Shown: one piece after another, positions 1 through 8,128 of the stretch
Layout: every line of letters starts with the position of its first letter
How positions within the stretch are numbered: the first letter of the stretch is position 1
Assembly (NCBI GenBank): GCA_001819555.1
Contig: MHMZ01000032.1
Coordinates: 20,834 to 60,010, forward strand
Direction of reading: 5' to 3'
Source of the DNA: Candidatus Portnoybacteria bacterium RIFCSPHIGHO2_02_FULL_39_12
GTDB lineage: Bacteria > Patescibacteriota > Minisyncoccia > Portnoybacterales > UBA2143
DNA: 39,177 nt
Program-made: the position numbers and the translations under genes
The notes under the pieces: generated by a model
Databases searched by the model: none
Seen by the model: only the letters and a program-made list of their open reading frames with translations
Told to the model about the DNA's origin: nothing

Positions 1-1
1 G

Positions 2-1741
2 CGTTTGAGTATTATTGATTTAGAAGGCGGTCACCAGCCGATGACCAATGAAGACAAAACAATTTGGGTTGTTTTTAACGGCGAGATTTATAATTTTCAA
101 GAATTAAAGGAAAAATTAGAAAAACAAGGACATCAATTCAAAACCAAAAGCGATACGGAAGCAATAGTTCATTTATATGAAGAAAAAGAAGAAGAATTTT
201 TAGAAGAATTGAACGGGATGTTTGCTATTGCTCTCTGGGATGAGAAAAAGGAAAAGTTGATTTTAGCCCGCGACCGGCTCGGTGAAAAACCGCTTTATTA
301 TGTTGTTTTTAATCAAAATCTGGTTTTTGGCTCTGAACTTAAAGCTCTTTTGGCTCACCCTTTAGTTAAAAAAGAGCTGGATTTAGGAAGTTTGGCTAAA
401 TACTTAATTTATGAATACGCGCCGGCGCCTCACAGTATTTTAAAAGATATTTATAAGCTCTGTCCAGGCGAGTATTTAGTTTATAAAAATAATCAAGCGT
501 CAGTTAAAAAATACTGGGAAATTAGTTTTGACAAAAATCCGGAGAATCTGACAAAAGACGAGTATTTGGGCGAGCTTGAAAAAAGATTAGAGGGAGCGGT
601 AAAAAAAAGATTAGTGGCCGATGTTCCTTTAGGCATTTTTTTAAGCGGCGGCCTGGACTCAACTTCTCTTGCTTATTTTGCCCAAAAAAATTCATCAAAA
701 AGAATTAAAACTTTCTCTATCGGCTTTGTTGACCGGTCATTTGATGAATCAGAATATGCCAGACAAGCGGCTCGATTTTTAAAAACCGAACATTATGAGA
801 AAATTTTAGAGCCCAAAGATTGTCTGAATCTTATCCCCCAAATTGCCGATTTTTTAGATGAGCCGCTGGCTGACGCTTCTCTTGTGCCCACTTATCTTCT
901 TTCTCAATTTACCAGAGAAAAAGTAACGGTGGCTTTAGGCGGGGACGGCGGCGATGAACTTTTTATGGGCTACCCCACTTTTCAGGCCTATCGTTTGGAT
1001 AGAATTTATCAAAAAATTCCGTCCTGGCTAAGAAATTATTTTATTCAGCCGCTCATTAAAAATCTGCCTCCTTCTTTCAATAATATCAGTTTTGATTTCA
1101 GATTAAAGAGATTTATCGCCGGTTCTTCGTTTAGGCCGGAAATAAAAAATCAGATTTGGTTAGGTTCTTTTGAGCCGGCCCAACTAAGGGATTTGCTGGC
1201 TCCTTCAATTTATCAGCAAATTAAATTAAACAAGATTTTTGAAGATATTGAAAATTATCTTGAGGGGGTTAAAAGCAAGTCAATAGAGAACCGGCTTATT
1301 TATTTATATTTAAAAAATTATTTACAGGACGATATTTTAGTCAAAACTGACCGGGCCAGTATGGCCGTGGGTTTAGAAGTTCGGGCGCCGTTTTTAGATT
1401 ATACTTTGGTTGATTTTATTAATTCTCTGCCGACTGAATATAAATTAAGAGGTTTTAAGACTAAATATTTATTCAAAGAATTAATGAAAAATAAATTGCC
1501 TCAAAACATTGTTTATCGGCCTAAAAAAGGATTCGGCTTGCCAATAGCCAAATGGCTTAAAAATGATTTAAAGGTCTTTGTTTTAGATTCTTTTTCTGAA
1601 TCAAAAATCAAAAGAGAAGGAATTTTTAATTTTAATTATATTAAAAATCTTCTCCAAGAGCATTTTAGCGGCCAGAAAGATAATAGAAAAGTTTTATGGA
1701 CTCTTTTAATTTTTGAAATTTGGCTGGAGAAATGGCGTTAA
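2..1741 (+). CDS. asnB: Asparagine synthase (glutamine-hydrolysing), AsnB-type amidotransferase; 5' end truncated by the window edge
   Basis: The track ORF begins at an internal TTG (nt 5), but the frame is open to the window edge (codon phase from nt 2). The first residues, R-L-S-I-I-D-L-x-G-G-H-Q-P, are a conserved motif from inside the AsnB glutaminase domain, so the true N-terminus lies upstream. A PP-loop SGGLDS is present (FLSGGLDSTS). Length and C-terminal synthetase domain are typical. Confidence 0.9.
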   Translation, partial: RLSIIDLEGGHQPMTNEDKTIWVVFNGEIYNFQELKEKLEKQGHQFKTKSDTEAIVHLYEEKEEEFLEELNGMFAIALWDEKKEKLILARDRLGEKPLYYVVFNQNLVFGSELKALLAHPLVKKELDLGSLAKYLIYEYAPAPHSILKDIYKLCPGEYLVYKNNQASVKKYWEISFDKNPENLTKDEYLGELEKRLEGAVKKRLVADVPLGIFLSGGLDSTSLAYFAQKNSSKRIKTFSIGFVDRSFDESEYARQAARFLKTEHYEKILEPKDCLNLIPQIADFLDEPLADASLVPTYLLSQFTREKVTVALGGDGGDELFMGYPTFQAYRLDRIYQKIPSWLRNYFIQPLIKNLPPSFNNISFDFRLKRFIAGSSFRPEIKNQIWLGSFEPAQLRDLLAPSIYQQIKLNKIFEDIENYLEGVKSKSIENRLIYLYLKNYLQDDILVKTDRASMAVGLEVRAPFLDYTLVDFINSLPTEYKLRGFKTKYLFKELMKNKLPQNIVYRPKKGFGLPIAKWLKNDLKVFVLDSFSESKIKREGIFNFNYIKNLLQEHFSGQKDNRKVLWTLLIFEIWLEKWR

Positions 1742-1845
1742 CCCGCCAAAATTTCAAAGAAATTTAGGAGGGTAAACCCGCCAAAATTTCAAAGAAATTT
1801 AGGAGGGTAAACCCGCCAAAATTTCAAAGAAATTTAGGAGGGTAA
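1741..1845 (+). repeat. Three perfect tandem copies of a 35-bp unit ACCCGCCAAAATTTCAAAGAAATTTAGGAGGGTAA
   Basis: Read directly: units at 1741-1775, 1776-1810 and 1811-1845. The first unit begins at the last base of the asnB stop codon. The last unit ends 1 nt before the ATG at 1847. Each unit carries an AGGAGGG Shine-Dalgarno, a TAA and a small AT hairpin (AAATTTC-AAA-GAAATTT). Confidence 0.95.
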
Positions 1846-1846
1846 A

Positions 1847-3262
1847 ATGAAAATTTTATTATTACAACCTTTGATACCGGCTGAAATAATGTGGGGCAGA
1901 TTTAATAAGGGAGAGGGTTTTGTGCCGCCGATTGGCTTGGTCAGCGTGGCCGGTTATCTGCATTCAAAAGGTTATGATATTGCGGTTTGCGACACACAGT
2001 TAGATAGATTTAGCGAGAAAAATTTAGGTGATTATTTGACGGCTGGTCAGTATGATTTAATTGGCATTCCGGCTTTTACCAATTCTTTAACTTATTCCTT
2101 TAAAACAGCCGAGATTTGTAAAAGCGTTCTGCCCGGAGCCGCCGTTGTTTTCGGCGGAGTTCATGCGACTATTATGCCCGAAGAGGTTTTAAATGATTGT
2201 CCTTTTGTTGATTTAGTAGTGGTTGGGGAAGGAGAATATATTATGGAAGATATTATTAGTCATCTTTTGTCCGGTTATCCCCCGCTTAAAGACATTAAGG
2301 GTTTGGCCTATAGAAAAGCCGGTCAAATTATGGTCAATGAAAGACGCCAGCCGATAAATGATTTAGATAAATTACCCTTTCCGTCTTATCATTTGTTGGA
2401 TATGTCTCGTTATCGGCCGCATCCGACTCAATATAAACTCCTGCCCAATTTTCCGGTGCTTGTCCAGAGGGGCTGTCCTTTTAATTGCGCTTTTTGCAGC
2501 GCCCACTTGGTTCACGGCCGGCGGATTCGCTCTAAGTCGGTTAAAAGAACGATAGAGGAATTAAAATTATTAAAAAATAAATATGGGGCTCGGGGCATAT
2601 ATTTTCAAGACAGCACTTTTACCATTAATAAACATTTTATAAAAGAATTATGCGAAAAAATGATAAAAGAGAAATTAAACTTAGCTTGGGCCTGCAATAC
2701 CAGAGTTGACTGCGTTGATGGGGAATTATTAAAACTGATGAAAAAAGCCGGCTGCTGGCTGATTGCTTATGGGATTGAGTCCGGCAATCAGAAGTCCTTG
2801 GAACTTTTGGATAAAAGGATAAATTTAGCCCAAATAGAGAAAGCGATTAGATTAACTCATCAATACGGCATTAATTCTTTGAGCAGCTATATTTTAGGCC
2901 TGCCCGGCGAGACTTTTAAGGATAGTTTAAACACTATTCAATTCGCCAAAAAATTAGCCAGCCAGATCGGATTATTTTTTCTGCCAATTCCTTATCCGGG
3001 CACTGATTTAGAAAAAATTTGTCAGGCAGACGGCGGAATGAGAGAAAATGTCAAATGGGCTGATTATTCGGCTTTTGATTTTTCCAATCCAATTTATGTT
3101 AATCCCAAGATAGGCAAAGAGGGCATGAAAAAACTTTTGAGCTTGGCTTATAGAAAATATTACACTTCGCCCCGCGTGATTTTCAATAATCTTTTAAGCA
3201 TCAATTCTTTAAGCGACCTTAAAAGATATTTTTTGGCCGGCCGGGCTTTGATAGGAATCTAA
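1847..3262 (+). CDS. Cobalamin-binding-domain (class B) radical SAM enzyme, paralog 1
   Basis: CxxxCxxC cluster motif in [10 protein letters not shown]. The N-terminal Rossmann-like region has the GGxHxT motif ([13 protein letters not shown]) typical of the B12-binding domain of class B radical SAM proteins. 471 aa. Strong SD (AGGAGGG) upstream. Confidence 0.85.
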   Translation: MKILLLQPLIPAEIMWGRFNKGEGFVPPIGLVSVAGYLHSKGYDIAVCDTQLDRFSEKNLGDYLTAGQYDLIGIPAFTNSLTYSFKTAEICKSVLPGAAVVFGGVHATIMPEEVLNDCPFVDLVVVGEGEYIMEDIISHLLSGYPPLKDIKGLAYRKAGQIMVNERRQPINDLDKLPFPSYHLLDMSRYRPHPTQYKLLPNFPVLVQRGCPFNCAFCSAHLVHGRRIRSKSVKRTIEELKLLKNKYGARGIYFQDSTFTINKHFIKELCEKMIKEKLNLAWACNTRVDCVDGELLKLMKKAGCWLIAYGIESGNQKSLELLDKRINLAQIEKAIRLTHQYGINSLSSYILGLPGETFKDSLNTIQFAKKLASQIGLFFLPIPYPGTDLEKICQADGGMRENVKWADYSAFDFSNPIYVNPKIGKEGMKKLLSLAYRKYYTSPRVIFNNLLSINSLSDLKRYFLAGRALIGI

Positions 3263-3266
3263 AAGT

Positions 3267-3283
3267 TTAGGGTCCGACCCTAA
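3267..3283. repeat. Solo half-copy of the GGGTCCGACCC palindrome family (TTAGGGT-CCG-ACCCTAA)
   Basis: A single arm that is itself self-complementary. It lies 4 nt after the stop at 3262 and 13 nt before the ATG at 3297. Confidence 0.8.
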
Positions 3284-3296
3284 CGAACTAAAGAAA

Positions 3297-4067
3297 ATGA
3301 GTTCAGAAAAACGTTTTGGTTACGAGTGGCATAAATACCAAGAGATAGACCCTAATTACGAGATTCAATTTCTTAAATGGATTTATCCGCTTAAGCCAAA
3401 AGATTTTAAAGGCAAAAAAATTTTAGACGCCGGTTGCGGCATGGGCCGCAATAGTTATTGGGCTTTAAAATACGGCGCTAAAGATTTAACCGCTTTTGAT
3501 TATGATAAACGGAGCGTTAAGGCCGCCGTAAAAAATTTAGCTTCTTTTAAAAATGCCCGAGTTGAATTCAAAAGCATTTATGAGATAGATTACAAAAATC
3601 AGTTTGATATTGTGTTTTGTCTCGGGGTGATTCATCATCTGGCCAATCCCCATTTGGCGATAAAAAATCTGATTCAATCAATTAAGCCCGGCGGCCTGAT
3701 TTTAATTTGGGTTTACGGCTATCAGGGTAATGTTTGGATAGTTAAATTTGTTAATCCCATTAGAAAAAATATCACTTCTAAACTGCCTTTGCCGCTGGTT
3801 CATTTTTTTAGTTATTTTCTTTCTTTGCCCTTATGGTTTTGGGTTAAAATTTTTAAAGGGCCGGGGCTATATCTTAGGCAGTTATCCGGCTTTAAGTTTT
3901 GGCATATCAGAAGCATTGTTTTTGACCAGCTGATTCCTGAAATTGCCAATTATTTTACCAAAGAAGAGGCCAAAAAATTATTAGCCGACTTTAATGAACT
4001 TAAAGAGATAGAGATTTACCCTGTCAATAACAACAGCTGGACTGTTTTAGGTCAAAAATATGATTGA
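3297..4067 (+). CDS. Class I SAM-dependent methyltransferase
   Basis: Motif I ILDAGCGMGRN. Post-motif LIQSIKPGGLILIWVYG. C-terminal hydrophobic segment. Confidence 0.85.
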   Translation: MSSEKRFGYEWHKYQEIDPNYEIQFLKWIYPLKPKDFKGKKILDAGCGMGRNSYWALKYGAKDLTAFDYDKRSVKAAVKNLASFKNARVEFKSIYEIDYKNQFDIVFCLGVIHHLANPHLAIKNLIQSIKPGGLILIWVYGYQGNVWIVKFVNPIRKNITSKLPLPLVHFFSYFLSLPLWFWVKIFKGPGLYLRQLSGFKFWHIRSIVFDQLIPEIANYFTKEEAKKLLADFNELKEIEIYPVNNNSWTVLGQKYD

Positions 4068-4962
4068 TAAAAAGAAAAAAATATTAAAAAATTTAGTTTG
4101 TCCCAACTGCTTTAAAGAATTAAACTTATTTTCTGATAAGTTGATTTGCGGCCATTGCCCAAAGGAATACCCCTTAATAGATAAAAGACCCTTTCTCTTA
4201 GATGAGTCGGGCCGGGGCTTTAAGGAATCAAGCAACGATATTTTAATCAATAAATTGAAAATTTTTTTTAAGAAATATCCTTTGATTTTTAATTTATTCT
4301 TTTATGTTTTCGGCGCTTCTTTAGTTGGGAAAAGTCCCAAAAAAGCGATTGAAGGAATCGGTTCTCATAAGCTCATTCTCAATTTAGGTTCCGGTATCAG
4401 AAAAATCAGAGAAGATGTGATTAATATTGATTTTTATCCGTTTAATAATGTTGATTTAATAGCTGATATTTCTCATTTGCCTTTTAAAGACAATTCAATT
4501 GAAGCCGTAATTAATGAATTTGTTTTAGAGCATATTAAAGAGCCGGAGAAAGTTATCGCTGAAATTTATCGAGTTTTAAGGCCCGGCGGTTTGATTTATT
4601 TGACCGCGCCCTTTTTAGTCAGTTTTCATTCTTCGCCTGATGATTATTGCCGCTGGTCAAAAAACGGCTTAAAAGAATTAATGAAAGAGTTTCAGGCAGA
4701 TGAAATCGGCATCAGGTCCGGGCCCACAGCTAGCCTTCTTTCAATTTTAAACGGCTGGCTGGCGCTTGTTTTGAGTTTTGGCTCTAAAACAATACAGCAG
4801 GTTTTATTGATGTTTTTGACAATTTTAACCAGCCCTTTTAAGGTTTTGGATTATTTTTTATCTAAACTGCCCAACGCGGAAAATATCGCCTTGGGTTTTT
4901 ATTATCTTGGCAGAAAGAAAGTTGAAGTGACACGGGGGCAGCCCCCAAGGCAGCAGGCCTGA
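4060..4962 (+). CDS. SAM-dependent methyltransferase (Methyltransf_11-like) with N-terminal Trm112-like Cys4 zinc ribbon and hydrophobic C-terminus
   Basis: CPNC...CGHC ribbon at the N-terminus. Motif I LILNLGSGIRK. LRPGGLIYLTAP. The start overlaps the upstream stop by 8 nt (ATGATTGA). The last ~11 codons and the stop codon lie inside the GC-rich hairpin at 4929-4981. Confidence 0.75.
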   Translation: MIDKKKKILKNLVCPNCFKELNLFSDKLICGHCPKEYPLIDKRPFLLDESGRGFKESSNDILINKLKIFFKKYPLIFNLFFYVFGASLVGKSPKKAIEGIGSHKLILNLGSGIRKIREDVINIDFYPFNNVDLIADISHLPFKDNSIEAVINEFVLEHIKEPEKVIAEIYRVLRPGGLIYLTAPFLVSFHSSPDDYCRWSKNGLKELMKEFQADEIGIRSGPTASLLSILNGWLALVLSFGSKTIQQVLLMFLTILTSPFKVLDYFLSKLPNAENIALGFYYLGRKKVEVTRGQPPRQQA

Positions 4963-4981
4963 TGGGGGCTGCCCCCGTGTC
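4929..4981. repeat. GC-rich perfect inverted repeat, 19-bp arms (GACACGGGGGCAGCCCCCA / TGGGGGCTGCCCCCGTGTC), 15-nt loop
   Basis: Read directly. Each arm contains its own palindrome, GGGGGC-A-GCCCCC. The TGA stop of the 4060 gene (4960-4962) lies in the loop. The next ATG is at 4993. Confidence 0.9.
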
Positions 4982-4992
4982 CATAAAGTAAA

Positions 4993-6783
4993 ATGAAAAT
5001 TATTATTCAACATAAATGGGCTGTTATTTTGGCTGTTTTGGTTGGTTTAATAATTGCTTTCCCTCATCTTTATTTTCGTTTTGAATACAGAGACATTTAT
5101 CAAGGGATTGGTTTTAGCGGGGCTGATGAAGAGGCCTATTTAACCCGGCTTCAGGAAATAAGAGACGGTCACTACGCCACGGCCAACTATGTTTGGCTGG
5201 AAGGCAAAGATTTACCCTATTTACTGCCGCCTCTTTCAGAGATTATAACCAGTTTTTTAGGCAGGATTTTCGGCCTTAATTTGATTGACACGGCTGTCTT
5301 GGCCAGATTTGTTTTCCCGGCTTTTGTTTTTTTGCTTATTTACGCTTTGGTTTATCAGCTAACCCGTCAGAAAAAGATTGCCTTAGCCGCCTCTTTGACC
5401 GTTTTATTGTCAACTAATTTAGTTGAGCCAAGAGCCCTTTGGGATTTATTAATTGAGCAAAAAACCGATAATGATTTTTTGCCCTTTAGCCGGTTAATCG
5501 CCCCGCCGGTCCATTCGCTTTTTCTTTTTGGTTTTTTGCTTCTTTTTTGGTTTTTTCTTCAGAATAAAAAATGGGTTTACCCCGCGCCTTTCAAAGGCTT
5601 GATGTCTCCGGTGGTAAAAAAAATAAAGGTCTTTGAAAGGCGCGGGGTTTACGGCATTTTTAGCGGTCTTGTTTTGGGCCTGTCTTTTTATACTTATCCC
5701 TACACCTGGACATTTATTTTCGCTTTTTTAGGCGCGCTCTTGGTGATTTTTGTCTGTCAGAAACGATGGTCTCAAATAAGAAGCATATTTTTAATCTCAA
5801 GCATCGCTTTATTAGCGGCCCTGCCTTATTTTTGGAATTTATGGCAGGCCATCAAACAGCCGCTTTATTCGGAAGTGGCGCTTCGCCACGGCTTAGTCAA
5901 AACGCATCAGCCCCAAATCGGCCTTTTGGTCTTGGCTCTTTTGATTATTTTTTTGTTATTATTTTCCAAAGAGCGGAAGGAGAGATATTCGTATTGTTTG
6001 GCGCTTGTTTTAGCTCCTTTAATTGTTTTAAACCAGCAGCTCGTCACCGGCCGGCTTCTGATTCCAGACCATTATCATTGGTATTATCATCGGCCCTTGG
6101 CTATTATTATTTTTATTATTATTATTTTTGAAAAACTTGAAAAAATCATCAATCAGCCGCGGCTGAAAAGATACGGTCTTTGGGGATTGACCGGCCTTAT
6201 TTTATTTGTTAATTTTTACAACGCTTGGCTGGTTCAAAGTTTCTCTTATAAATTCAGAGTTTCTAATGCCGTAGAAAGCCAGCGTTACGGGCCGGTTTTA
6301 AAATGGCTCAATGACCACGCCAAAAAAGACGAGGTGGTCATGGGAGATGAAACAATTTCTTATCTAACGCCTATTTATACAACCCTTAACGCGGTGAGCG
6401 CCCAAGACGGCCACTACGCGCTGATAGCCAGCGAAGAACAAATTACAGAAAGAGCTTTTTTATTGTTTCGCCTTAACGGCTTAAAAGCGGAAGAAGCGAA
6501 TAAATTCTTTTTTGAAAACAGGAGCAGAATTTCCGGCGGCATTTACGGCCAATATTATCGCAAACAATTAGGCGAATATGGTTTAATTCCGGATGCCAAG
6601 CTCTATTTTTTAGTTGATCGGTATAAAGAATTTTTATCCGCGCCCTTAGAGGAAATGTTAAGGAAATATCATACTGATTATTTAATTTGGGACACTCTGA
6701 AACATCCCGAATGGCAGATTGAAGAGTATTCATTTCTTAAACAAATCTATCAGGCCGAAGGCTTGAAAATATACAAAATATGA
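4993..6783 (+). CDS. Large polytopic membrane protein with C-terminal soluble domain; possible GT-C-type glycosyltransferase (function uncertain)
   Basis: 596 aa with many hydrophobic helices in the first ~420 aa, followed by a hydrophilic C-terminal domain. Neighbours are GT-C/YfhO-type genes. I could read no diagnostic motif. Confidence 0.45.
   Translation: MKIIIQHKWAVILAVLVGLIIAFPHLYFRFEYRDIYQGIGFSGADEEAYLTRLQEIRDGHYATANYVWLEGKDLPYLLPPLSEIITSFLGRIFGLNLIDTAVLARFVFPAFVFLLIYALVYQLTRQKKIALAASLTVLLSTNLVEPRALWDLLIEQKTDNDFLPFSRLIAPPVHSLFLFGFLLLFWFFLQNKKWVYPAPFKGLMSPVVKKIKVFERRGVYGIFSGLVLGLSFYTYPYTWTFIFAFLGALLVIFVCQKRWSQIRSIFLISSIALLAALPYFWNLWQAIKQPLYSEVALRHGLVKTHQPQIGLLVLALLIIFLLLFSKERKERYSYCLALVLAPLIVLNQQLVTGRLLIPDHYHWYYHRPLAIIIFIIIIFEKLEKIINQPRLKRYGLWGLTGLILFVNFYNAWLVQSFSYKFRVSNAVESQRYGPVLKWLNDHAKKDEVVMGDETISYLTPIYTTLNAVSAQDGHYALIASEEQITERAFLLFRLNGLKAEEANKFFFENRSRISGGIYGQYYRKQLGEYGLIPDAKLYFLVDRYKEFLSAPLEEMLRKYHTDYLIWDTLKHPEWQIEEYSFLKQIYQAEGLKIYKI
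5580..5647. repeat. GC-rich palindromic element inserted in-frame inside the 4993..6783 CDS
   Basis: 17-bp perfect arms: CCCCGCGCCTTTCAAAG (5580-5596) and CTTTGAAAGGCGCGGGG (5631-5647). Flanked by the 8-nt direct repeat GGGTTTAC (5573-5580 and 5645-5652), exactly 72 bp apart (24 codons). Confidence 0.85.
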
Positions 6784-8114
6784 AGAGAATAAAAAATAAA
6801 AAATTCGTTTTATTCTTGTTTTTTTTGTCCATAGCCAGCGCCGTTGTCTGGGCCTGGCCGTTCAGCCGGCCCGGCGACACCAGTTTGGATACGGCCAAAG
6901 CGATTCTGGAAAATGGCCTTTTTAGCAACCATTATTTAATGGAATTTATGATGGATCGGATATCCTATCCAATTTTTATGGCCGGAGTTTTTAAGGTTTT
7001 TGGGCAGAATCTGATGATTATCAGAATAATTCAGGTCTTTATCTACGCCGGTTTGGTCTTATTGATTTACAAGTTTTGTCAGGATTTTTTTGGCGAACGA
7101 ACAGCCAAGTTAGCCGGTTTTATCGCGGCCGTCAGCTATACTTTAGCCAGTTTTACCGGCTGGCTTTACCGGGAAATTATTTTTACCACTTTGGTTTTCT
7201 TGTTGGTCTATCTTCTTTATCAAGCCCAAAGGAGGGAAAAAAATATTTGGTTTGTTCTGGCCGGCCTTGTTTTCGGCCTGGCTGTTTTAACCAACAGCAT
7301 TATTCAGTTTTTTCTTTTTATAATTATCGCCAATTTTTTGTTTTTAAACAGAGGCGGAATTAAAAAGGTAATTCCCCAGCTCGCTTTATTTTTTATGGCG
7401 GTTCTTTCAATAATATCTCCATTTATTATCAGTAATTATTTAAACTTTAAGGTATCCCCTTTCCCTTTTGGGGCCAGAGAAGGTCTGGTCATCTATATGC
7501 GGGTTGAAAAGATGAAAGCGATTGAAGGAAAGTATCTTTCGCATTTTATCGGCAATGCGACCGGCGATTTTATTGCCCAGAAACTATTTGATGATTATGA
7601 CCCAAACGAAGCGCGGCTCGGCTGGCAAAATCGGGAAGAATGGAAAAAAATGATATATCAAGAAGGAAGAGATGTTAAAGAGGTAGACAGGGAGCTGACC
7701 GAAAAATCAATCAGAGAGATATTTAAACATCCGGTTCAGTTTTTAAAAATGAGCTCAATAGATTTTTTAAAGTATAATACGCCGATGGTGCCGGATGTAA
7801 GAATGCAGCATATGTTTGCCGAACCGGGCTCTCATCCGGAGTTTTCCGATTTCACCAAAATAGCCATTATTTTATCTATCAGGTTTATCTATCTGATATT
7901 TGCTATTTTGATTATTTATGCGATAGTTAGAAACATTAAAAATTGGCCGAAAATAGGCTGGCCTGTTCTGATTATTGTTTATTTTAATTTAATTTTCAGC
8001 AACCTTCACGCCATCGCCCGCTATTCTCTTCCAATTTATCCATTTTATATTATTTTTTTGGCCCTGGGGGTATTGATAATTTGGGATAAGTTAATAAAAG
8101 AGAAAAGCAGATAA
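6780..8114 (+). CDS. GT-C fold membrane glycosyltransferase, ArnT/PMT_2-like (GT39/GT83-like)
   Basis: 444 aa and polytopic. The N-terminal third has the ArnT/PMT_2-like pattern (GQNLMIIRIIQVFIYAGLVLLIYKFCQDFFGERTAKLAGFIAAVSY). ATGA overlap with the upstream gene. Confidence 0.6.
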   Translation: MKRIKNKKFVLFLFFLSIASAVVWAWPFSRPGDTSLDTAKAILENGLFSNHYLMEFMMDRISYPIFMAGVFKVFGQNLMIIRIIQVFIYAGLVLLIYKFCQDFFGERTAKLAGFIAAVSYTLASFTGWLYREIIFTTLVFLLVYLLYQAQRREKNIWFVLAGLVFGLAVLTNSIIQFFLFIIIANFLFLNRGGIKKVIPQLALFFMAVLSIISPFIISNYLNFKVSPFPFGAREGLVIYMRVEKMKAIEGKYLSHFIGNATGDFIAQKLFDDYDPNEARLGWQNREEWKKMIYQEGRDVKEVDRELTEKSIREIFKHPVQFLKMSSIDFLKYNTPMVPDVRMQHMFAEPGSHPEFSDFTKIAIILSIRFIYLIFAILIIYAIVRNIKNWPKIGWPVLIIVYFNLIFSNLHAIARYSLPIYPFYIIFLALGVLIIWDKLIKEKSR

Positions 8115-8128
8115 TTTTATGGAGAAAT

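Noticed and set aside
5-1741. TTG at nt 5 as the genuine start of the first gene
   Set aside because: The residues at the window edge correspond to an internal conserved AsnB motif. The catalytic N-terminal Cys and about 45 residues are missing. The gene is truncated by the window, not initiated here.
1741-1845. Possible CRISPR array, given the identical 35-bp repeats
   Set aside because: The repeats are directly abutting with no spacers. There are only three copies, each contains an SD and a stop codon, and no cas genes are present. This is a simple tandem repeat.
2-3262. RiPP reading (lasso or proteusin type): an AsnB-like protein as lasso cyclase plus B12 radical SAM C-methyltransferases
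   Set aside because: The AsnB homolog retains glutaminase-domain motifs (RLSIIDL-GGHQP) and the SGGLDS PP-loop, typical of true amidotransferases. There is no short precursor-peptide ORF, leader peptidase, RRE or exporter. The surrounding genes are overwhelmingly glycosyltransferases and flippases. The only small ORF (37201..37599) shows no leader or core features.
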